A stretch of 64,000 nucleotides of DNA from Desulfobacteraceae bacterium (GTDB taxonomy: Bacteria; Desulfobacterota; Desulfobacteria; Desulfobacterales; ETH-SRB1): assembly GCA_030593145.1 (NCBI GenBank), contig JAUVHU010000006.1, positions 1,121-65,120 of the forward strand. Reading direction: 5' to 3'. Below the pieces are notes generated by a model. The model was not told the origin of the DNA. It worked only from the letters and a program-made list of their open reading frames with translations, and searched no databases. Every line of letters begins with the position of its first letter. Position 1 is the stretch's first letter. A program made the translations under genes and the position numbers. This document shows positions 53,892 through 62,025 of this stretch, one piece after another.

Positions 53892-54935
53892 ATGGAACGG
53901 ATGGACTATTTTATAAGGCGATTTTTACTTGTGATTCCAACATTTATTGGGATTACGATTTTATGCTTTGGCCTTATCCAGTTCGTGCCGGGCGGGCCTG
54001 TAGAACAGGTTATAATGCAAATGAAAGGTATAGGCGAAGGAGAAGCGGGCAGGGGAGTCGAGGCCGGCGCATCCATTTCCGAGCAGCAGAGAAAAGCCAT
54101 AGAAGCACATTTCGGCTTTGATAAACCATTTTACAAGCGATACTGGAAATGGCTCGTAACCGACAGGCTCGGCATGAAAATGGAATCATACAAATTCCCC
54201 AACAAAACCGCCTGGCAGCTCATCAGCCAGCGATTTAAGGTTTCACTTGTGTTTGGAGTAACCGGTTTTGTTTTATCCTATCTTGTATGCATTCCGCTTG
54301 GTATAATAAAGGCTCTCAAACACAACACGATGTTTGATCTTGGATCGAGTATCATTGTCTTTGCAGGGTATGCTATTCCGGCCTTTGCGTTTGGAATGGT
54401 GCTGAAAATGATGTTTTGCGGAACTGTGGAAGGCTTATGGGACTTATTTCCTGTATCAGGATTTTATTCAGACAATTTCGCCGGCATGACATTCCTGGAA
54501 CAATCAAAGGATATCTTCAAGCATATGTTTCTTCCGGTTTTGTGCTACGTTATAGGAAACTTTGCGATTTTAACCCTTTTGATGAAGAATTCTCTTCTTG
54601 AGCAGATAAGTAAAGACTATATCAGGACAGTCCTTGCCAAGGGAGGAAGCTTTAACCGGGCAATATGGGGACATGCTTTGCGCAATTCTTTGATCCCTAT
54701 TGCAACAGGACTTGGTTCAATCCTGACCGTCATGTTTGCCGGTTCTGTGATTATTGAGCAGGTCTTTGAAATCCCGGGGATGGGGAGGTTGAGTCTTGAA
54801 GCAATAGTAGGGCGGGATTATCCCGTTTTTATGGGCATCCTATCTCTTACTTCTGTTTTGGGGCTTGTCGGAAATATTCTTTCTGATTTTCTATATGTTC
54901 TCATAGATCCCCGCATTAACTTTCAGGAGAATTAG
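53892..54935 (+). CDS. ABC transporter permease, peptide/opine type (YejB/OppB-like)
   Basis: YFIRRFLLVIPTFIGITILCFGLIQFVPGGPVEQ; EAA-loop region DYIRTVLAKGGSFNRAIWGHALRNSLIPI. Confidence 0.8.
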   Translation: MERMDYFIRRFLLVIPTFIGITILCFGLIQFVPGGPVEQVIMQMKGIGEGEAGRGVEAGASISEQQRKAIEAHFGFDKPFYKRYWKWLVTDRLGMKMESYKFPNKTAWQLISQRFKVSLVFGVTGFVLSYLVCIPLGIIKALKHNTMFDLGSSIIVFAGYAIPAFAFGMVLKMMFCGTVEGLWDLFPVSGFYSDNFAGMTFLEQSKDIFKHMFLPVLCYVIGNFAILTLLMKNSLLEQISKDYIRTVLAKGGSFNRAIWGHALRNSLIPIATGLGSILTVMFAGSVIIEQVFEIPGMGRLSLEAIVGRDYPVFMGILSLTSVLGLVGNILSDFLYVLIDPRINFQEN

Positions 54936-54945
54936 GCAATCAACA

Positions 54946-56559
54946 ATGATTCATAAAATATTTAAAAACCCGATAACCAGAAAAAGGTATTTTCGTTTCA
55001 AGGAGGTTAAACGGGCTTATATTTCATTATGGATACTTGTTATTCTTTATCTTGTAAGTCTTTGTTCTGAACTTATATGCAATGACGCTCCTTTGTATGT
55101 CAGGTTTAACAGTGAATCATATTATCCAATATTAAAATTTTATCCTGCGGATCTGTTTGCCGGAAACGGTGAAAAAACAAGGCCGGATTACAAAAAAATA
55201 AATAGTAGTGACTTCTTTAAAAAAAATCCTGATAATTTTATGATTTTTCCGCCGGTTCCTTACAGTCCTTATGAGAGCATTAATCCGGAGTTGATTCCGG
55301 TTTCAGACAATATAACACTTACATTTATTCCCATGCCGAGAATCGGCACAGTCAATATAGAAAAGTATTTTTCAATTGCCAGGTCTGCTTCATTCGGTTT
55401 TTTTATCGGCATGGGAGATGAAGAAGTAGAAAACCTTGTGCTGACCGAATATATTAACATTCCAGAAAAAGTCAGGCATGCTGTTTCAAAGCGGTTTGCG
55501 AATGAGAACGCGCCGCGTTTAACCGTTTCAGGAATAAAAGGTTATGATGGAGTAGAAACCGTTATCTCACTTTCTGCTTTTCGCCGGAGAAGTAAACCTC
55601 CGGAAACCGTCAGGATGACGTTCAGAGAGGCTGGAACTATTGATCAAAAACCTGAAAAATATGTTTTAAACAAGGAACTCAAATTTATTGAAAACAGCAC
55701 AGGGCATGATAACAGGGGGATATGGAATTATCTTTCCGATCGTAGCAGGGAAACAATTTTAAATCTTGCGGAAAGACGCTTTCTGGGTCCTGTCGATACT
55801 GTTGTATTGCGGAGCAAGAATCGGTTTTACAAACTTGGCTTTGAAAAACAGGATGTTCGTTTTCCTTTTCCTCCCGCAAAAGGGCATCTGATGGGAATTG
55901 ATTCAGCAGGCAGAGATGTTTTAAGCAGAATCCTTTATGGATTAAGGACTTCACTTACGTTTGGTTTACTGCTTGTAGCATGTTCAATGACCATGGGTAT
56001 TATTGCGGGATCTCTCCAGGGATATTATGGCGGTGCCATTGATATTACCGGCCAGCGATTTATTGAAATATGGAGCGCGCTGCCGTTTCTTTATATTATG
56101 ATTCTTATGGGATCGATCTATGGGCGAAGTTTTTCTTTACTCCTTTTTTGTTACGGGCTTTTTAACTGGATAGGGATTTCTTATTATGTTCGGGCGGAAT
56201 TTCTTCGTTTGCGTAAAAAAGCCTTTGTTGAGGCTGCAAAATGTATGGGGATATCATCATTCAGGATAATATTTAAACATATTCTTCCAAACGCTATGGT
56301 GCCTGTAATAACATTTGTTCCTTTTTCTCTCGTTGGAGCTATCGGAGCGCTTGCAGCTCTCGATTATCTTGGATTCGGGCTTCCGCCCCCAACTCCAAGC
56401 TGGGGAGAACTTCTTTTCCAGGCCCAGCAGTACAGATGGGCCTGGTGGCTTATTCTATATCCATCTTTGTCACTGTTTTTTGTAATGATTCTTGGAGTAT
56501 TTGTTGGTGAAGGAATAAGAAATGCGTATGATCCTAAGAGATACACAAGGCTTGAATAG
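54946..56559 (+). CDS. ABC transporter permease with long periplasmic insert (YejE/OppC-like)
   Basis: HLMGIDSAGRDVLSRILYGLRTSL..; EAA loop FVEAAKCMGISSFRIIFKHILPNAMVPVI. Confidence 0.8.
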   Translation: MIHKIFKNPITRKRYFRFKEVKRAYISLWILVILYLVSLCSELICNDAPLYVRFNSESYYPILKFYPADLFAGNGEKTRPDYKKINSSDFFKKNPDNFMIFPPVPYSPYESINPELIPVSDNITLTFIPMPRIGTVNIEKYFSIARSASFGFFIGMGDEEVENLVLTEYINIPEKVRHAVSKRFANENAPRLTVSGIKGYDGVETVISLSAFRRRSKPPETVRMTFREAGTIDQKPEKYVLNKELKFIENSTGHDNRGIWNYLSDRSRETILNLAERRFLGPVDTVVLRSKNRFYKLGFEKQDVRFPFPPAKGHLMGIDSAGRDVLSRILYGLRTSLTFGLLLVACSMTMGIIAGSLQGYYGGAIDITGQRFIEIWSALPFLYIMILMGSIYGRSFSLLLFCYGLFNWIGISYYVRAEFLRLRKKAFVEAAKCMGISSFRIIFKHILPNAMVPVITFVPFSLVGAIGALAALDYLGFGLPPPTPSWGELLFQAQQYRWAWWLILYPSLSLFFVMILGVFVGEGIRNAYDPKRYTRLE

Positions 56560-56630
56560 GGATTAGAGATCGGAGGTCAGGGGTCGGAGGTCAGAAGGTG
56601 AGAGAAGGTGAGAAGGGGAGAAAAAAGAGA
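56557..56630. repeat. 7-nt-period array starting on the permease stop codon
   Basis: tagggattagagat cggaggt caggggt cggaggt cagaagg tgagaga aggtgag aagggga. Confidence 0.8.
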
Positions 56631-56788
56631 ACATCGAACACCCGCCGTGCTCGCGCACTGTCGCGGCAGGTCGAATGATGAATGTTGATGTCGCTTCGCT
56701 TTTTAATTTAGAAAATAAATAGAGCGGAGCGACTCCATAACTTTAGGTACTTTAGCGCATTTTAGGCATTTTGCTCTTTGCAAGGAAT

Positions 56789-57757
56789 ATGAAATTGCTG
56801 GAAGTAAAAAATATTACTGTTAAATTTGAAACCGATGAAGGTGTTTTCAAAGCTGTTGACGATGTTTCGTTTAATGTAAACAAAAATGAGATAGTCGGAC
56901 TGGTTGGTGAATCAGGATGCGGCAAATCTGTTACAGCATTGAGCATACTGCGCCTTATCCCTTTGCCGTCCGGCAGGATTGAAAAGGGTGAAATCTTATT
57001 CAATGGCAAAGATTTGCTGAAGTTCGATGCTGAAAAAATGAGGAAAATACGCGGCAAAAAAATCAGCATGATCTTTCAGGAGCCTGCGTCTGCGCTGTCT
57101 CCATTGCACAGGATCGGTCAACAGATGGTGGAAACCATTTTGCTCCATAAGAGTAAAACAAACAAAGAGGCCTGGAATATTGCCGAGAACTGGCTGAAAC
57201 GTGTAGGGATACCCGATGCAGGAGAAAGGATGTTTGCTTATCCTTATCAACTTTCAGGCGGTATGCAGCAAAGGGTTATGATTGCAATGGCATTGATGCT
57301 TGAGCCTGATTTCGTCATAGCTGATGAACCGACAACTGCGCTTGATGTAACTATTCAGGCCCAGGTTTTTGAACTTATCCGGGAAATGAGGAAATCACAT
57401 ACTGCTATACTTCTTATTACGCATGATATGGGAGTTATCTGGGAAATGTGTGACAGGGTGATTGTTATGTATGCTTCAAGGATAGTCGAAGAAGGAAGCA
57501 AAAGCGATATTTTCTCAAAACCGGTCCACCCATATACCATTGGACTTCTCAAATCAATTCCTAAACTTTCCGGTAATGCGGGCAGGCTTAAAGCAATACC
57601 TGGATATGTTCCATCACCATATAATTATCCATCAGGATGTTATTTTCGTGACAGGTGTCCGGATGCATTTGATAAATGCAAAAATGAAAAACCTGAATTT
57701 GTTGATCTTGGGCAGGGACACAGAGCCGCGTGTTTTCGTGTGAGAAAAAATGAGTAA
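56789..57757 (+). CDS. ABC transporter ATP-binding protein (OppD/YejF N-half-like)
   Basis: Walker A GESGCGKS, signature LSGGMQQRV, Walker B IADEPTTALD, and a C-terminal oligopeptide-ABC extension (HPYTIGLL..CYFRDRCP). Confidence 0.85.
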   Translation: MKLLEVKNITVKFETDEGVFKAVDDVSFNVNKNEIVGLVGESGCGKSVTALSILRLIPLPSGRIEKGEILFNGKDLLKFDAEKMRKIRGKKISMIFQEPASALSPLHRIGQQMVETILLHKSKTNKEAWNIAENWLKRVGIPDAGERMFAYPYQLSGGMQQRVMIAMALMLEPDFVIADEPTTALDVTIQAQVFELIREMRKSHTAILLITHDMGVIWEMCDRVIVMYASRIVEEGSKSDIFSKPVHPYTIGLLKSIPKLSGNAGRLKAIPGYVPSPYNYPSGCYFRDRCPDAFDKCKNEKPEFVDLGQGHRAACFRVRKNE

Positions 57758-58721
57758 TCAAATTAAAAAATATCCGATAATTGAAGTAAATAACCTTAAA
57801 ACCTGGTTTCCAATAAAACGGGGTGTTCTATCCAGAACAGTTGGATATATCAGGGCGGTTGATATAGCCGGTTTATATATTAACAGGGGAGAAACCCTTG
57901 GCCTGGTCGGAGAGTCCGGATGCGGGAAGACAACATTTGGCAGAACATTGTCAGGTCTGGAAAAACCCAGAACCGGCGAGATGTTTTTTTACGGAAAAAA
58001 TATTCTTGACTTAAGCCGTCGGGAATTAAGGGAATTAAGAAAGAAAATGCAGATAATCTTTCAAGATCCTTTGTCTTCCCTTAATCCAAGAATGAATGTT
58101 CTTGATATAGTTACAGAGGGCCTGGCTGAATTTGGAAAGATAGAAGGAACCAGGGAAGATCATGCAAAAAGGCTTATGAATGAAGTCGGGCTCGATAATG
58201 ACGCTATATATCGTTATCCTCATGAATTTTCCGGAGGACAGAGACAGCGCATTAATATTGCAAGGGCAATAGCTTTAAGACCTGATTTCATTATATGTGA
58301 CGAACCTGTAAGCGCGCTTGATGTATCGGTGCAGGCACAGGTAATAAATCTTCTGATGGATCTTCGGGACACTTACAATCTTTCCTATCTTTTTATTTCA
58401 CACGACTTAAGTGTTGTGAGCGCTATTTCAAACCGTGTTGCAGTCATGTATCTTGGCAGGATAGTGGAAAGCGGGTTAACCGGCGATGTAATCAACAATT
58501 CGAAGCATCCTTACACAAAGGCTCTTATTAATGCTGTTCCGGAACCTGGACATTATCAAAAGGAAAGAATTGTTCTAAAAGGGGAAATGCCTTCTCCTTC
58601 CGCGCCGCCTTCCGGATGCATGTTTCATACACGTTGTCCTGAGGTTATGGAAATTTGCAGGAAACAGGAGCCGAAGGAGACCATGTCTGGTATTCATCAG
58701 GTGTGGTGCCATCTATATTAG
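57750..58721 (+). CDS. ABC transporter ATP-binding protein (OppF/YejF C-half-like)
   Basis: Walker A GESGCGKTT, signature FSGGQRQRI, Walker B ICDEPVSALD, and HPYTKALI..CMFHTRCP. Confidence 0.85.
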   Translation: MSNQIKKYPIIEVNNLKTWFPIKRGVLSRTVGYIRAVDIAGLYINRGETLGLVGESGCGKTTFGRTLSGLEKPRTGEMFFYGKNILDLSRRELRELRKKMQIIFQDPLSSLNPRMNVLDIVTEGLAEFGKIEGTREDHAKRLMNEVGLDNDAIYRYPHEFSGGQRQRINIARAIALRPDFIICDEPVSALDVSVQAQVINLLMDLRDTYNLSYLFISHDLSVVSAISNRVAVMYLGRIVESGLTGDVINNSKHPYTKALINAVPEPGHYQKERIVLKGEMPSPSAPPSGCMFHTRCPEVMEICRKQEPKETMSGIHQVWCHLY

Positions 58722-58830
58722 GTCAGAGGTCGGAACGGGGGGCAGAACTCAGAAGCCAGAGGTCGGAAGTCAGAGGTCGGAGGTCAGAAGTCAGAGATCA
58801 GAAGTCAGAGGTCGGAGATTGGGAAGGAAA
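58719..58830. repeat. longest 7-nt-period array (unit CRGARNT, ~15 units) starting on the ABC ATPase stop codon
   Basis: gtcagag gtcggaa cgggggg cagaact cagaagc cagaggt cggaagt cagaggt cggaggt cagaagt cagagat cagaagt cagaggt cggagat tgggaag. Confidence 0.9.
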
Positions 58831-58871
58831 GTGTAAACTGCAAAATGAAGGATGGCTATAATTCATTTGAA

Positions 58872-58898
58872 AAACTGTGAATCGTGAACCGTAAACTG
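58872..58898. repeat. short 7-nt-period array (GTGAAYC flavour)
   Basis: aaactgt gaatcgt gaaccgt aaactgg. Confidence 0.5.
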
Positions 58899-58907
58899 GT
58901 TATTGTA

Positions 58908-59522
58908 TTAGTTGTTTTCTAATAAGGCTTTGGGTTGTTCGGTTTCAGATTGTTTGATCTCGGACCCGATTATCAAAATCCTGACAGATTCTATTTTTTG
59001 CTTTATTAATTCAACCTGATTGTCATTAAGTTCAAGCAAGGCAGCCTTGTTAAGATGCCCTAATGCTGCTTCAAAGCCGTAAATGGTTCCTTTGCTTGCG
59101 GCTACATCCGCCTTGTACATGAGTATTATCATGTCAATGCTGTTTAAGCGGCTATAAGCGGCTTTAGTGAGATCAGGTGTAGTCCCAAACGACAGAGCTT
59201 TGTTCAGATATAACTTGATACCTTCGAAATCAGGCATGTCAGGCGTATCAAGCAAAGCGTCAGCTCTGTCAATATAATAATTAAAAGCAAACGGAAAGAC
59301 TTCTTCTTTGGAATAAACCGCTTGAATTGATTCAGGTGATTGAGCTCCGGGCAGCATTATAAGTAGATCGGTACCCATGGGAGCAAATTTGCCCTGCCGG
59401 ATTTCAACCGCGCCGTCTGTGATTTTAATATAATACTTGTTTTTATTTGAAAAGCTGGAGCCGATAGTAACAGCAACCAAAAGAATAATGCAGGCCACAA
59501 TATATTTTGTTATTTTTTCCAT
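58908..59522 (-). CDS. hypothetical membrane-anchored protein
   Basis: The likely start is ATG 59522 (MEKITKYIVACIILLVAVTIGSS, a signal anchor). No family was recognised. Confidence 0.4.
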   Translation of the reverse strand: MEKITKYIVACIILLVAVTIGSSFSNKNKYYIKITDGAVEIRQGKFAPMGTDLLIMLPGAQSPESIQAVYSKEEVFPFAFNYYIDRADALLDTPDMPDFEGIKLYLNKALSFGTTPDLTKAAYSRLNSIDMIILMYKADVAASKGTIYGFEAALGHLNKAALLELNDNQVELIKQKIESVRILIIGSEIKQSETEQPKALLENN

Positions 59523-59679
59523 GGTATAGAAACCTTTTTCTTTTTTTACTTCAAAGGCTGTGTGAATGTTGATGAATCCATAAAAAACTATACTTTTTAT
59601 TATATAAAAGATTTGTTTATTATTGTAAACATTTTTTTGCCTGAATATTGCGTGAAAAACAGACATATATCAATGAGTA

Positions 59680-60498
59680 ATGCGTACTATGAACCGGTTG
59701 AAATTAAACAATAAAAAGAATAGACTGGAATTAACGCTGAAGAATTTTGATTCTTTAATGGTTGCGTTTTCAGGTGGTGTTGACAGCGCTTTTCTTCTTG
59801 CAATGGCACATGAAGTGCTGGGCAGAAAAGTAGCGGCAATAACAGCGACATCAGATATACGTCCGGCTAAAGAAAGAGAGGCAGCGATCGATTTCGCAAA
59901 AAAACTGGGTGTAAAACATATCTTGTTGGAATCAAAAGAGATGAGCTATCCCGATTTTGTGGCAAACAATAAAGACAGATGCTATATATGCAAAAAAACC
60001 CTTTTTAAGGATATATTTGCAATTGCTTCAGAAATGGGGATTAAAAACATAGTCCATGGAGCCAACACAGATGATCTAAAAGATTTTCGTCCGGGGCTGA
60101 AGGCGGCACATGAACTCGGAGTTATCGCTCCTCTAATTGACGCAAAGCTTACAAAGGATGATATACGACTGCTGTCAAAAGAAATGCATCTTACTGAATG
60201 GAACAAGCCGGCCATGTCTTGTCTTGCCACAAGGATTCCTTATGGAACACCGATAACCAGACAAGCCCTTGAAATGGTAGAACAGGCTGAAGATGTTCTC
60301 TTTGGCCTCGGTTTTATTGCCTGTCGTGTCAGGATGCATGGTAATATTGCCAGGATAGAGGTGACTCAGAAAGATTTCGCAAAAATATTGGATAACAGAA
60401 TCAGGAAGATTGTTATCAGCAAATTCAGAACAATTGGATTTTCCCATATTGCCGTGGATCTGGAAGGTTATATTCAAGGAAGCATGAACAGACCTTGA
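59680..60498 (+). CDS. PP-loop ATP pyrophosphatase, LarE-like (TIGR00268-type)
   Basis: MVAFSGGVDSAFLL PP-loop; CYICK; CLATRIPYG. Confidence 0.7.
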   Translation: MRTMNRLKLNNKKNRLELTLKNFDSLMVAFSGGVDSAFLLAMAHEVLGRKVAAITATSDIRPAKEREAAIDFAKKLGVKHILLESKEMSYPDFVANNKDRCYICKKTLFKDIFAIASEMGIKNIVHGANTDDLKDFRPGLKAAHELGVIAPLIDAKLTKDDIRLLSKEMHLTEWNKPAMSCLATRIPYGTPITRQALEMVEQAEDVLFGLGFIACRVRMHGNIARIEVTQKDFAKILDNRIRKIVISKFRTIGFSHIAVDLEGYIQGSMNRP

Positions 60499-60583
60499 AA
60501 TTTGCGCCAACAAAGTTTATCATTTCTTCTATAGTTAAATTAGTAACTTTTTTCGAATTCATCATAATTATTGGAAAAATATT

Positions 60584-61714
60584 ATGGAAAAACTGAAACA
60601 ATTCTATTTTTTGGTACAAGATGTATGGAAAAATGGTCTGCTCGGAATAGATATCGGTCACTTTATTGTTGCCGTATTAATCTTTTTTGCTTTTATTCTC
60701 CTGCGCCGGTTATTTGCAAGATTTATTATCAGCAGGATTAAAGCCGTTACAAAAAGAACAAAAACTGTAATTGACGATGATATGTTGGAGGCTCTTGAGA
60801 AACCGGTCCAGTTTATACCGGTTGTTCTCGGTGTTTTTTTTGCCTCCGAATACCTTCCCATATATGGTGAGTTTGAGATTATAGCCAATAAATCTGTCCG
60901 CTCTCTTATTGTATTTGTGATATTCTGGGGCCTTGTGAATCTCATAAAACCCATGTCCTTTTTATTAAGACGGTTTGAAAAGATTTTCACCTCTTCGATG
61001 GTTGACTGGCTGCTTAAGGCGATCAGAGTTACTTTTATTTTCATTGGTGCAGCAACGATTCTTGAAATATGGGGTATTAAAATTGGCCCGATTCTTGCCG
61101 GATTGGGACTGTTTGGGATCGCTGTTGCCCTTGGAGCGCAGGACCTTTTTAAAAATCTTATTTCCGGCGTTTTAGTGATTGCCGAAAAGAGGTTCAATAT
61201 TGGGGACTGGATTCGCGTTGATGGCGTTGTTGAAGGCACAGTCGAGTCCATAGGATTCCGGTCCACGCTTGTTCGTCGATTTGATAAAGCTCCGGTTTTT
61301 GTGCCGAACTCAAAATTATCTGATCATGCAGTTATCAATTTCAGTTCCATGACCCACAGGAGGATTTATTGGAAGATCGGAGTGGAGTACCGTACCACAG
61401 TCAAGCAGCTCCGACAGATTCGCGACTCTATCGAACAATACATTTTAGAGAGTGAATATTTTGCAAAGCCGCCCAAAGTTCCTATGTTTGTGCGTATTGA
61501 CAGATTCAGCGATTCTTCCATCGACATCATGGTATATTGTTTTACAAAAACTACAGAATGGGGTAAATGGCTTGAGATAAAGGAAAAACTTGCTTACCGG
61601 ATCAAGGAAATTGTTGAAGAGGCAGGCAGCGCTTTTGCTTTTCCCAGCCAGTCCCTTTATGTTGAAACACTGCCGACAGAAGTAGCAGAAGTGTTTGTTC
61701 CGCCTGTCACCTAA
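60584..61714 (+). CDS. mechanosensitive ion channel, MscS family
   Basis: N-terminal TM helices; GAQDLFKNLISGVLVIAEKRFNIGDWIRVDGVVEGTVESIGFRSTLVR is the MscS pore/beta-domain signature. Confidence 0.8.
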   Translation: MEKLKQFYFLVQDVWKNGLLGIDIGHFIVAVLIFFAFILLRRLFARFIISRIKAVTKRTKTVIDDDMLEALEKPVQFIPVVLGVFFASEYLPIYGEFEIIANKSVRSLIVFVIFWGLVNLIKPMSFLLRRFEKIFTSSMVDWLLKAIRVTFIFIGAATILEIWGIKIGPILAGLGLFGIAVALGAQDLFKNLISGVLVIAEKRFNIGDWIRVDGVVEGTVESIGFRSTLVRRFDKAPVFVPNSKLSDHAVINFSSMTHRRIYWKIGVEYRTTVKQLRQIRDSIEQYILESEYFAKPPKVPMFVRIDRFSDSSIDIMVYCFTKTTEWGKWLEIKEKLAYRIKEIVEEAGSAFAFPSQSLYVETLPTEVAEVFVPPVT

Positions 61715-61775
61715 ACTAATGTACTTTTTTCATAATACTTTAGTTATTTAAAAAACATTTTCTAAGGGTTCTCAA

Positions 61776-61973
61776 GCATCAGCGGTTTAAGGCTTTTTCA
61801 GGAAGGAGATATCTTTATCATTTTGCACAGAGTTGCGTAGTGATCTAATATTTATGATTTATATCACAAAAAGTTTATAATTTTCCTCGAAAGCAGCCAA
61901 ATCATAAATATTGGATTACATTCCCGGGTATTATTGATATCGACTGGATGAAAAAGTCTTAAACCGTTGATGC
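61776..61973. repeat. ~200-nt imperfect palindrome upstream of the radical-SAM gene
   Basis: The outer arms gcatcagcggtttaaggctttttc and gaaaaagtcttaaaccgttgatgc pair. The inner arms gtgatctaatatttatgattt and aaatcataaatattggattac also pair. Confidence 0.7.
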
Positions 61974-62025
61974 GGCAAAGCCATAACAAATTTTAAAATA
62001 GCTAAAGTGTGTCACTATTTTTCTT

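Noticed and set aside
58719-58830. Possibility that the tandem arrays are a CRISPR array
   Set aside because: The unit is 7 nt with no unique spacers of ~30 nt. No cas genes are present.
58655-58861. 68-aa ORF translating to RSEVRGRRSEVRDQKSEV repeats
   Set aside because: It is simply a heptamer array read in frame (7 nt x 3 = a 7-aa repeat). It overlaps the end of the ABC ATPase gene and has no independent start context.
59680-60498. LarE-like gene without larB or larC as a sign of a novel cofactor system
   Set aside because: To my knowledge, PP-loop proteins of this type commonly occur as orphans. There is no supporting neighbourhood signal here.
60658-61266. 202-aa minus-strand ORF inside the mscS-like gene
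   Set aside because: The plus strand has the diagnostic MscS beta-domain motif. The antisense ORF has none.
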